A stretch of 64,000 bases of DNA from Podarcis erhardii (lineage: Eukaryota): assembly GCA_964252035.1 (NCBI GenBank), contig OZ176200.1, one strand, 5' to 3'. The notes beneath the pieces were generated by a model that was not told the DNA's origin, searched no databases, and worked only from the letters and a program-made list of their open reading frames with translations. The translations under genes and the position numbers were made by a program. Below, one piece after another: positions 12,735 to 23,870 of the stretch. Positions within the stretch are counted from its first letter, which is position 1; every line of letters begins with the position of its first letter.

Positions 12735-13919
12735 TGTGAAGTCTCATTTTCCCCTACCGGATTTCCCTGTTTAAATTTACAATACGTTTAACTGAAACAC
12801 ATTTTTGATGTGTCTAGATCCAGCCTATGTCAGAGAAGCTGATAATCACTTGGTAAATTCAGAACAATTCATAAAAAAACAGCAACCAGCTTATTTTGGA
12901 AGCAGTACTTTTTTTACTCACAAAACATACAAGCGTTGTGCTTTAGGAAAGCAACAACTTGTAAGCTTTATAGTCACAGATGCCTTATTACTGCAGTGCT
13001 ACTACCTCCACTGCTAGCTTTTTTTGGCAGGGAGGGGAGGGAGAAACTCCCCTTTCACAGCAATCTGCTGCTGCTAAGTACAGAATTCAAAAGGCCTGTC
13101 ATCAATCTTGATACTCCCCATAAAAAACGCCAGGATGATTTGCTTGTACGAGACCACATGAGATGAAACCTACAGCTTTCCAAATGCATGTGCAAACAAA
13201 TGATGAGGGATGACATGCCATCATCTCCCCGTGTAGATGTGTGCTGTCATTTGCTTCCTATAGTGGCAACAGCATGACTGTACAAACAAGCAATGGAGTA
13301 AAACCTATAGTGAGCTGTGTGCCTACACTGGAAATCACAGGTTTGCTGTGATTATGGTTATCATTGCTAAGAAGGGGGCAAGCCTGGGATGAAGGAAGAT
13401 GTGCAGTGTGAGACATATCTGCATCTATTAGAGATTATATGAAGCGAGGAGGTCTTACAAGAGACACTGATTCTAACCTGTAGAATCTAAGCTGGTCAGG
13501 GTGAGGTGGTGACATGTGATTTTCCAGGTGTCGCTGTACATTTCCTAACCTTTGGCCATTCTGGTTGGTGTTGATGGGAGTTAGAGTCCAACTACATGTG
13601 GAAGGCCACAGGTTTCCCACCACTGATCAAAGCTATTGTCTCTTGCTATTTTTGCACTGCCAGATGTTTGTGCTGCAGCTGTCTCCAGCCACGGCATGTT
13701 GTCCCATGGTGACTTCTCAAGATGAAACTTCAAAGTTTCACATTTTACTTAATGTTCTATCAATATAGCTGGCAAAGAAACACACGTACACACAAGGGCA
13801 GTAACGCAGTGTTTCCCAACCGGTGTTCCGCGGCACACTAGTGTGCCGCGAGACGTTGCCTGGTGTGCCGTGGGAGGGAGGCGGGCGAGAGCGCAAGGCT
13901 TGGGGCGGCAGCTGGCAGC

Positions 13920-14360
13920 GCGGAGCACGGGGCGCCCTTCGGAGGGCTCCGCGTGCTTCGGGCAACAGGCTGCCGCCCCAAGCCTTGCGCGCCCGGCGGG
14001 AGCTCCTGCCGGGCGCGCAAGCCTTGCAGACACTCGCCCGAAGCACGGGGAGCCCTCCGGAGGGCTCCCTGTGCTTCGGGCAACAGGCTGCCGCCTCAAG
14101 CCTTGCGCGCCCGGCGGGAGCTCCTGCCAGGCGCGCAAGGCTTGCAGACACTCGCCCGAAGCACGGGGAGCCCTCCGGAGGGCTCCCTGTGCTTCGGGCA
14201 ACAGGCTGCCGCCCCAAGCCTTGCGCGCCCGGCGGGAGCTCCTGCCGGGCGCGCAAGCCTTGCAGACACTCGCCCGAAGCACGGGGAGCCCTCCGGAGGG
14301 CTCCCCGTGCTTCGGGCAACAGGCTGCCGCCCCAAGCCTTGCGCACCCGGCGGGAGCTCC
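13920..14360. repeat. 118-bp GC-rich tandem repeat, about 3.7 copies
   Basis: GCTTCGGGCAAC recurs at 13955, 14073, 14191 and 14309. Confidence 0.93.
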
Positions 14361-15517
14361 GCGCGGGGCAGACATCTACAGCTTAGGGAGCCCTGCAGGA
14401 CTTCCCCGCAGGGCTCTCCAAGCTGCGGATAGCAGCCTGCTGCCCCGCACGAGGGGCGCTCTTAAGCAGAGCGCCCCTTGGGCGGGGCAGACATCTGCAG
14501 CTTGGGGAGCCCTGCAGGACTTCCCCGCAGGGCTCTCCAAGCTGCGGATAGCAGCCTGCTGCCCCGCACGAGGGGTGCTCTTAAGCAGAGCGCCCCTCGC
14601 GCGGGGCAGACATCTGCAGCTTGGGGAGCCCTGCAGGACTTCCCCGCAGGGCTTTCCAAGCTGCGGATAGCAGCCTGCTGCCCCCCACGAGGGGTGCTCT
14701 TAAGCAGAGCGCCCCTTGGGCGGGGCAGACATCTGCAGCTTGGGGAGCCCTGCAGGACTTCCCCGCAGGGCTTTCCAAGCTGCGGATAGCAGCCTGCTGC
14801 CCCGCACGAGGGGTGCTCTTAAGCAGAGCGCCCCTTGGGCGGGGCAGACATCTGCAGCTTGGGGAGCCCTGCAGGACTTCCCCGCAGGGCTCTCCAAGCT
14901 GCGGATAGCAGCCTGCTGCCCCGCACGAGGGGTGCTCTTAAGCAGAGCGCCCCTCGCGCGGGGCAGACATCTGCAGCTTGGGGAGCCCTGCAGGACTTCC
15001 CCGCAGGGCTTTCCAAGCTGCGGATAGCAGCCTGCTGCCCCCCACGAGGGGTGCTCTTAAGCAGAGCGCCCCTTGGGCGGGGCAGACATCTGCAGCTTGG
15101 GGAGCCCTGCAGGACTTCCCCGCAGGGCTTTCCAAGCTGCGGATAGCAGCCTGCTGCCCCGCACGAGGGGCGCTCTTAAGCAGAGCGCCCCTTGGGCGGG
15201 GCAGACATCTGCAGCTTGGGGAGCCCTGCAGGACTTCCCCGCAGGGCTTTCCAAGCTGCGGATAGCAGCCTGCTGCCCCCCACGAGGGGTGCTCTTAAGC
15301 AGAGCGCCCCTTGGGCGGGGCAGACATCTGCAGCTTGGGGAGCCCTGCAGGACTTCCCCGCAGGGCTCTCCGAGCTGCAGATAGCAGCCTGCTGCCCTGC
15401 ACGAGGGGCGCTCTTAAGCAGAGCGCCCCTCGCGCGGGGCAGACATTAACAGCTTGGAGAGCCCTGCAGGACTTCCCCGCAGGGCTCTCCAAGCTGCGGA
15501 TAGCAGCCTGCTGCCCC
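14361..15517. repeat. 119-bp GC-rich tandem repeat, about 9.7 copies
   Basis: GACAT of GCAGACATC recurs at 14371, 14490, 14609 and every 119 bp to 15442. Confidence 0.95.
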
Positions 15518-15867
15518 GGACCTGTCCTAAAGGCTTGCAGCGGGAGGAGGGCTTTCCTCCCCACCGCCAACATTCAGAATGCTGTTCTGAATGTTGGCGG
15601 TGGGGAGGAAAAACCCTCCTCCCACCGCAAGCCCCGGGAAGAGAGGAGAAGCTGTGCGCCTTTTCTTCTGTTCCCGGACCTCCCACCGCAAGCCTTCAGG
15701 ACAGGTCCCAGAACAGAGGGGAAGGCGCGCAGCTTCTCCTCTCTTCCCGGGGCTTGCGGTGGGAGGAGGGTTTTTCCTCCCCACCGCCAACATTCAGAAC
15801 AGCATTCTGAATGTTGGCGGTGGGGAGGAAAGCCCTCCTCCCGCCGCAGGCCTTCAGGACAGGTCCG
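15517..15867. repeat. Long inverted repeat whose arms each contain a palindrome
   Basis: Arms at about 15517-15673 and 15711-15867; each contains CCGCCAACATTCAGAA-N5-TTCTGAATGTTGGCGG. Confidence 0.88.
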
Positions 15868-15946
15868 GGAACAGAGGGGAAGGTGCGCAGCTTCTCCTCT
15901 GTTCCCAGGGCTTGCGGTGGGAGGAGGGTTCCCCGCTGTCCCGGAG

Positions 15947-16082
15947 ATTTCCCTATGGGCTTTCGTCTTGCGAAGCAAGCCCATAGGGAAATTCGTCTTG
16001 CGAAGCCGCTAAAAAATCGGAAAACCCTTTCGTCTTGCGGGTTTTTCGTTTAGCGAGGCATTCGTCTTGCGGGGCACCACTG
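15947..16082. mobile_element. Single end of a Tc1/mariner (Tigger-like) MITE nested in the hAT element
   Basis: Ends CATTCGTCTTGCGGGGCACCACTG followed by TA; four TCGTCTTGCG repeats; TTTCCCTATGGGC...GCCCATAGGGAAA hairpin; the matching other TIR was not found. Confidence 0.7.
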
Positions 16083-17356
16083 TACTTTATATATAGTCAA
16101 TATAGGCACAGAGTTAATTTTTTAAACATTTTCTAATGGTGGTGTGCCTCGAGATTTTTTTCATGAAACAAGTGTGCCTTTGCCCAAAAAAGGTTGGGAA
16201 ACACTGCAGTAACGAATGGCAACTTGACGGATGTGACCACGTGCTCCTATGGCAAATCTGTTGCAGGACTGATTCAGGCTGCAAGTGGAGGGCTGCATGT
16301 TTAATAACATCTCGTGTTAAAAACACCTTGCACATTCAAAACTATGTATCAAGAAAACTCTTAGACTAGAACATTTTTACATTACATGTTCATGCAGGGA
16401 CTTCTTTAAAAAAATGTGAGGAGCCATTTATTTCTTGATTGTTAAAAAAATAGAGGCTCAGGCTGTCTTGTATTTGATATATGGGACAAGAGTAAGCACT
16501 TGGCTTTCTCATAAATCCCCTTGAAAGGGAATGTAAAACACATATTTAGTCTATGTGGACTTGCTCCTACATCTCTTTTTGGCTTGAAGATAAGCATAAG
16601 CGCTTTGAGAAAGGGTACAATTTTTTGTTATCATTTGCAGTTTGGGTGGTTCAAACATATGAGAAAGCTTGGACACCTCTTTTTAATGAGTTTGATGTCT
16701 GATTGGTTTCAATCAGTAGCTCATGGATATATGTTCAGAAGACAGAACTGACTTCCACACAAGAATTTAAGAAATTTTTATTGGATTGTCTTCTCATGAT
16801 ATCGCTGAGGAATTTTGCTTCTACAAATTCCACTCCAGTAAAAACACATATTCTAGCAAAGATAATTTTCTTGTTGCATGATGTAGTAGAAAGGAAAAAC
16901 TAAGAGAGGGATTTATATTTATAGCACAAGTCTACCCATGCCTACTTAAAAAGTAAGTGCCATGGAGTTCGCTGGGGCCTACTTCACAACAATGGACATA
17001 CACATACTTTATTCCCTCTGGTTATAGCTGGATGGTGTGGATAAACCAGCCACAAAAAAACACATAAACATGCCAGGCAACTGAGATCATAATGCAAGGT
17101 CATTCTCTGAATGCTCTGTCTTTGGATGGTCGGAAGGTGGCTAATGTGTAGAGGCACTGAGATTATGGAATCCTTTGCCCACTGAAGTTAGTCTATCACC
17201 ATCTGTAGTGTGGTTTAGATGGCAGCTCAGAACTTGGTTGTTCCAGCAAGTCTTTTCTTGAAAGTGACCCATACTGTATTTCAGTGAAGTTTTCATTCAT
17301 TCATTGTTTTATTCTTTTTGCAAACCATGTTGAGGTTTCATTAAGCAGTATTTGCG

Positions 17357-17750
17357 TGTTCAGACCCAGAGACCCCCCCTAAATAAATTCACACTTGACT
17401 CAAATTTTAGTTTTGGTTATTGGCAGAATTTAGGCCACAACTTTATTGATTACAGAAGGTGAGTGGTTGCATAGGCTCTGGTTCGACTAGCTCCCTGCAC
17501 CCTTCCAGGCAGTGCAGACCCAGGGCACCAGCATAGGTCAGCCAAGGGTGAACACCTGCATAGGTGAAAAGCTGGGAACAGACTATGTTCACCACCCAGA
17601 TGCCCCCCTGGACTCAGGCACAGGCACAACCCCCTCCTGGGGGTTGACCAAACCAGTTGAGTCCCTCGATTCCTTTATTGGAATACCCTTCACATAGGGA
17701 TGGTGAGACTGCTGTCCCATCCCTATCACCTGAACCAGTGCCTAACCAGT
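17357..17750 (-). mobile_element. Probable LTR remnant (3' part)
   Basis: Minus strand reads AATAAAGTTGTGGCC...GGGTCTGAACA (polyA signal, then terminal CA); no TG start or TSD found. Confidence 0.45.
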
Positions 17751-17814
17751 TCACAGCCTGAAGTTATCAAAGTGGTGTGTAAGATTAAAATGAGATAAAA
17801 CACAATAAGAAGAG

Positions 17815-18028
17815 GAGACTGCCCTACGGAGTCTCAAAGCGGCTAACAATCTCCTTTCCTTTCCTCCCCCACAACAAACACTCTGTGAGGTGAGTGAGGC
17901 TGAGAGATTTCAGAGAAGTGTGACTAGCCCAAGGTCACCCAGCAGTTGCATGTGGAGGAGCAGAGACGCGAACCTGGTTCCCCAGATTACGAGTCTACCA
18001 CTTTTAACCACTACACCACACTGGCTCT
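17815..18028 (-). mobile_element. tRNA-derived SINE with L2-type tail
   Basis: Reverse complement begins GAGCCAGTGTGGTGTAGTGGTTAA (A-box) ... GGTTCGCGTC (B-box-like); highly similar to 60367-60609. Confidence 0.85.
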
Positions 18029-18789
18029 CTAAGAACTCTTACAAGCTCTAAGAACAATTAAAATCCTTTCTACAAACCCTAAAAACTGAAACAATTTCTG
18101 CAGATATACTCTTAGTATTCCATAAATGAGGAATACTCAGGAAAAGCCTTCTCAAGCAAATGTCTTCATCAGGCTCCTAAAATATAGGAGGCTCCTCACT
18201 AGAGAGATTGCCCTCAATGTTGGTGACAGGACTAAAGAGAGGGTCCTACAGTATTTGCTAGTCTGTGTAGGTCTCAGTTGATGGCCTTAAGCACGAACAC
18301 AGAGGAGAAAGATCTCGTAACATTAAAGTTCGATTAAACATATTTGAATTCTTCAGAGTCCTGAATGACATGAAATATGCTTGTATTTTACATAATTTTG
18401 TTTTGGTCTTTTATATACGTAACAAGAAGTACTTTTATTAATTCTGCATAAATAATTCTTTTTTTAAAAAAAACACAACGCAGAGTTTCTAGACCAATTA
18501 AATTATTCTTTGTGAATATAATTCAGTAGAAATGAAAAGCTCCAGTCATAATCCCCCTTCTAAGGAATTTGGGTTCTGATGCATAAATTAATATTCACAT
18601 ATTGAAAACTGTTCAAGTGAACAAAAGCATTTTAGAAGAGCACAAGGCTGCAATCTGTGTTCCATTTGAAAAGGCAGAAGATCAATTATGGAAGGTTTTT
18701 CCCTGCAGTTTGACAATGCTCTGTAGTACAGAAAAGGCTAAGGATGACAGAACACCCACATGAGAGTATCAACATCAGCACAAAATAAT

Positions 18790-19245
18790 GGTCTATAGTC
18801 CCAAACAACACTGAATTCAGCTCTGTTCTCTTGGCTAAGGCTTATGAAGCTAACCACAGGCAGCTCCAGGGTCTTGTGGATGAAACTGATTATATTCCTT
18901 AGCAATCTGACTTTGGAACAGATCCTCATCAGCCTGCTGCATGACTACACTGTGAGGCTATTTATTCTGACAGCCTTCATATCCTTCTGGGTTGCCAAGC
19001 TGTGAGGGAAGATGCAGGAAGGTAAAGACACCTTATTTCACTGTAACTGTCGGATAGATCCTAGAGAAGGTCGATCCTGGAGGGCTGCTTCTCTGCCCCA
19101 TTGAATACATTCTATGAGATAAAGCACAGTTCCTTCTTGTACGCAGTACACCATAATTTTTAACATCTACATGAAGCCATTGGAAGAGGTTGTCTGAAGT
19201 ACAGTGACATATGTAGATGACACCCAGCTTTATTGTTCCTTTTTA
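18790..19245 (+). mobile_element. Old L2 RT fragment
   Basis: Broken frames read QLQGLVDETDY and IFNIYMKPLEEV...YVDDTQLYCSF. Confidence 0.75.
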
Positions 19246-22200
19246 AGGATTCTGGGAGATACTGTATGGTGGAAATTATCAGTGAGTGCTGGGTATGGGG
19301 CAGCAATGAACATGAAGACCCTCAGTACAGTGAAGTCTAACTTGTCAATGCTGGGGTGGCTAATTGCTCTGAACAGTGACTCATGAGGAGAGGGTAGAAG
19401 CAGTGGTGTCCTCCCAGCAGTTGCACCGCACTTGTTGGAAGGGCAAGGTGGTGGTGGCGGCAGGGTCATAGTGGCCCTGCAGAGCTGCATGCACCTATGG
19501 GATAACCATCACCAAGCCAAAGCTCCCCCAGTCTGGCCAGAGCCACCTTTCCATGTTCTTTCCCAATCCCAGTGAGCATGGTGCCATCAACAGGAGGATA
19601 CCATTGCTTCCATCTTCTCTCATGAACCACAACTGCCTTCTCTGGCTGGTTAAGGTTGTCAAGGACAAGGAGTAGTACTGTTAACTGTCTCTTTAGTACT
19701 TCCTTCCCAGGGGAAGCACTAGACCAAACCCCTTCTCATCTGCCACATATTAGACTAGACAGTTCAATTTTGTGAGATATTTAGACACTGAAATGGCTCT
19801 TATTTTAATCTGACTTTTTCAGGTTGGCAGTTTATGTTTTTGCTGCTTGGTTGTGTTTTATAGCTCAGCTGAGATATTTTTGGTTGATTTTTTGTAATGG
19901 GTAAGTTATCTTACTGAAGAATTTAATTAGGGCTGAGATAGTTTATTAAACGTTTTAGTTGCTATGGCTTTTATTTAGCTGCCTGAAGGAACTATTTTAA
20001 GCAGGTAGCATGGTAACATGATATAAATGTGGAAATAAGAGAGCTTTCAATTTCTCTGTAAATTGCAGTGTTTGGTTCTGATATTTATTTGTGCTAATAT
20101 TTCTATACTGCCTTTGGTTCCAAAAGGAGCCCCAAAGTTGCAAAATTATAAAAGCATGCAACCGTTTTTAAACAAAATAAAAAGTAGTATTAAATCTAAC
20201 ATCAGTTACTGCAAACAGCACAACTTTATGCTAAAAGGAAAGTGTGTTTGGCTCACTGATTTGTCTTTAACACTAGGTCAGAGGGGGGGAAACCTGTCGA
20301 CCTGCAAATATTGTCGGAATTGCAGCTCTTGTCATCCCTACCAATTGGCCATGCTGACTGAGGTTGATGGGAATTGGAAACATAGGAGCATAGAAGGCTG
20401 CCTTATACCAAGTCAGACTCTTGGGGTGACTGTAAATAGGTCTTTGGGCTTCTTCTGTTCCTCGAATAACAGCCCTCCTCCTCTTCTGTGATGCATAAGA
20501 AACGTGCATTTTTAGTCCACTGTTTGTAGATCTGTCATTGCAACCAAGAGGGAATAAATTCCAGTGGTCTCACAAGCCTTTGAACACACCTCAAAAGTCC
20601 TATTGGATCATGCTAAATGTGAGTATTTTTTGAGAACAAAGGGCAATGAAGCAAGCATGCAAAACCACTGACTTGATTTCCCTACCCCACCCCTTTCATT
20701 TAATGTTATCATGACAAGAGAGACCTACCTTTACATTTCCCCCTGCTGTTATCTCACAATAGGCAGAAAACATTAATAACTAGTTTATGGGTACTGATAA
20801 CACTTTAATGATTTTGCACACTATCTCCTGTCCCAGCACTTCCAATTCTAGCTGCATGCTGCTGTCTCTCCCTTTAAATAACTAATGTAATATACTTGGC
20901 AATTCCTTCCGTCATGCCTTGGTTCAGAATATGTACACACGCAGAGAGAAATCCTGCGGGAATGTGAAAATAAAAAAGGAAACAAAGACAATGAAGCAGC
21001 CATTAAAATTATTAGTCAGTTTTGTGCTTTTTTCTCTCCTGTTGCACAGAATTAAGTGGGTCAGAACACAGCTTAAATCCCAGCAGTATGTATGGATTTC
21101 ACAAATGATCTGCAGGTTTAAGTAATCACAACTCTGTGTAGTGCTTTAGACAATTAAAAGAATGAGAAATTCTCTCAGGTACATTTACAGCAGCTTTTTA
21201 TTTCACAGAATTAGGAGCTGCTGAATAATTATAGGCAGGTAGTTTGTAAGAAATTCTCACAGTTCTCAGTTTCTAATGTTTTTAAAATTCATCTAGAGCT
21301 TTAACGAGGAGCAGCTAGCATGGTGGGACAGGGTCAAGGAGCCACCCTCCCAACATGGGTGTTGCTGCCACTAACTGGGATGGTGGGGAGGATGGGGCTG
21401 TTGCAGATGCACCGGTGGGAACATTGGATTAGCTCCTACAGTGTGCCTATGTAGCCCCAACCTCACCACCCTGCCCTGCCCTGCCCTGCCCTGCCTCCAC
21501 ACTGTCCCAGTATGTAACTGAGATAACACAATTGGGAAGGTGGTTCTGTGGCACCACCCCACTGCACCAGCCACTTGTGATCTTAGCAGAATACAGCACT
21601 GAGATAGAAGCCGAACATCAGTTTTGTTAGATTTGGCATTTGGCTAAATCTCTTCCCCTTGTTTCCAGTAGGAAACAAGATGGAATAGCAGTTGCTTTAA
21701 AGGATTAATATTTTAGGGTCAACATACATGTAATGGTTTCACTTAACTGTCTCCCCACCCCACAAATAACAGGGCAGAGCAAATCTGGATCTAGACAAAA
21801 TAAATCCCCCCCCCCCCCGTTTGGTTTCACTTGAACAAAATGCAAGAAAAACTAATATTTAACTGCCCGAATAAACATTTGTTGATCTGGAGAATCTACA
21901 TTCAGGTTTTTGCATGCTTGCGCCATATGTGTGTAGTCCTGGGAGTGTTTTAATTATCTTATAAAGAATTTATGTGAAGTCATATGGCTGAAACATGCAC
22001 ACTTTGCTTCCTCGCAGTAGGTTGTTTGGCCCTGGAAAGTCCTGTGCCTACTGCAAATTTCACTTAAATCAAATCAGGTGTGGGCCCAAGGGAGAGGTTT
22101 CAAGGATTACAGCTTAAGGCTGTGATAGCAACCCTCTCTCACAGTAATTTGTATCAAGGGTGCAACAGCGGTTTTCCTTATATAGGTACATTAAACACCA

Positions 22201-22402
22201 TATCCTGCTTAGCTAAGGGATTTTAGTACTATTCTTCTTACTATTCACAATACTTACCCAGAGGTGTAGCATTTTTATTGCTTTTAGAGTTTAACGTGTA
22301 TCACCTGAATATCATTTGTATTTTGCTTGTGAAGACCAGATTTTTGTGGCAAACAAAACGCCTTTGGGATGCTGACGGTAGTGTGTATGTTTCAAATATA
22401 TC

Positions 22403-22403
<1 letters not shown>

Positions 22404-22477
<74 letters not shown>

Positions 22478-22479
22478 AA
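22404..22479. repeat. (GAAA)n microsatellite
   Basis: Seen directly. Confidence 0.95.
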
Positions 22480-23203
22480 TTATGCATACAGCTTCAATTA
22501 AGGGATTCAGTATAAGATTCCTTCAAGTGACGACTTCAGAGTGCTAACCACCTGGCACCCTGTAAAAGGGACTTTATTCAGTTTCTGCTCTGTTCCTAAA
22601 TGTCAAGCAATTAGCAAAAACCTTTCAGCTTAGCATATTGTGTTCAGGGCTTCTCATGTTCCCTTAAGCTCCAAAATGCCACAAAATTGCAGCAATTAAG
22701 GATCACACCATTAACAGATACATTGTTTAGGAAATGTTTATATGGTAAGGTATCCTGTAGTTAGTTCCAGCCCCACTGCTGCCTTAGAGCTGGATAGCCG
22801 TCTGTGGCAGAGTAGTGGAGCTAAGTCCCAGATCTGACTGCTCAGGAGAGCAGACGCATGGAATCCATGCAACTGAAAACACCAGTCCTCATTACAAGTG
22901 CCCAGCTGGCAACCAATACCATCCATTGCCTTGGACAGAGCAGGAAGTGGGGGCTTGACTTTTTCTCTCTCCCCCTGCCCCCTTTAGTGCAGTGGGAAGG
23001 AATTAATTACATCAGCCCTATTTATGTGGGCATTACATGGAACCATAAGGGGCTTTGTACACGACATGGGAGCCATACCCACCACACCCCATTTCTCATT
23101 ACTCCATTAAGAGAACATCATTAGAGGAATTTCTAAGCTGCTGGAGATTTCTGTTATCATGTGGATGCACTTCTGGCAGCCTAAGTCTTGGCCTACCAGT
23201 ATA

Positions 23204-23429
23204 CAGCGATACCTCGGGTTACAGACGCTTCAGGTTACAGATTCTGCTAACCCAGAAATAGTACCTCGGGTTAAGAACTTTGCTTCAGGATGAAAACAGA
23301 AATCGTGTGGCAGCAGCATGGCAGCAGCGGGAGGCCCCATTAGCTAAAGTGGTAGCTCAGGATAAGAATAGTTTCAGGTTAAGAACGGACCTCCGGAACA
23401 AATTAAGTTCTTAACCTGAGGTACCACTG
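23204..23429. mobile_element. Tc1/mariner (Tigger-like) MITE, complete
   Basis: TIRs CAGCGATACCTCGGGTT / AACCTGAGGTACCACTG flanked by TA on both sides; inverted relative to the 25446 copy. Confidence 0.9.
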
Positions 23430-23639
23430 TATCTCCATCTCCGCCAGCAGAATATGACTTATGCCACTTTCTGTTTCCCTTCAACTAGCTTTGCAATGGG
23501 ACTTGGATTGCACCTTTAGGTTGTTATCCTCTTTCCCCCTAATTCAGTCCTTTTGCTTTAACTTGGACTTTAACAATTCTGATTTCATGTGTCCTTATAG
23601 CCCCAATCCAAGGCATCTCCACAGCACAGTAGCAAATAA

Positions 23640-23870
23640 ATGATCGTGATGGAGGCTGTGTCCCAGCACCACCACAGGAGGCAGTAATGCTTCTGAATAC
23701 CTCCTTGCTGGAAACTGCAGGAGGGAAAGAGTTCTCTTGTGATCAGGTTCCACAGGCATCTGGTTGGCCACAGGCTTATAGGTTCCACAGGCATCTGGTT
23801 GGCTACTTTGAGAACAATTTGCTGGATTGGATGGGCAACTGTCTTGACCCAGCAGGCTGTTCTTACGTTT
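23640..23870 (+). mobile_element. Old CR1-type 3' fragment
   Basis: CACAGGCATCTGGTTGGC...GCTGGATTGGATGGGC...CCAGCAGGCTGTTCTTACGTT resembles CR1 3' ends. Confidence 0.6.

Larger units (their letters stand above)
13807..16206. mobile_element. Composite non-autonomous hAT element, 2400 bp
   Basis: Perfect 15-bp TIR CAGTGTTTCCCAACC / GGTTGGGAAACACTG; perfect 8-bp TSD CAGTAACG at 13799-13806 and 16207-16214; GTGTGCC subterminal motifs at both ends; no transposase ORF. Confidence 0.93.

Noticed and set aside
14361-15517. Regular repeat array resembling CRISPR
   Set aside because: The units are contiguous and near-identical with no unique spacers, the context is eukaryotic, and there are no cas genes.
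13738-16053. About 30 overlapping long ORFs of up to 275 aa
   Set aside because: They arise from GC-rich tandem repeats and palindromes lacking stop codons; the translations are repetitive and show no transposase motifs.
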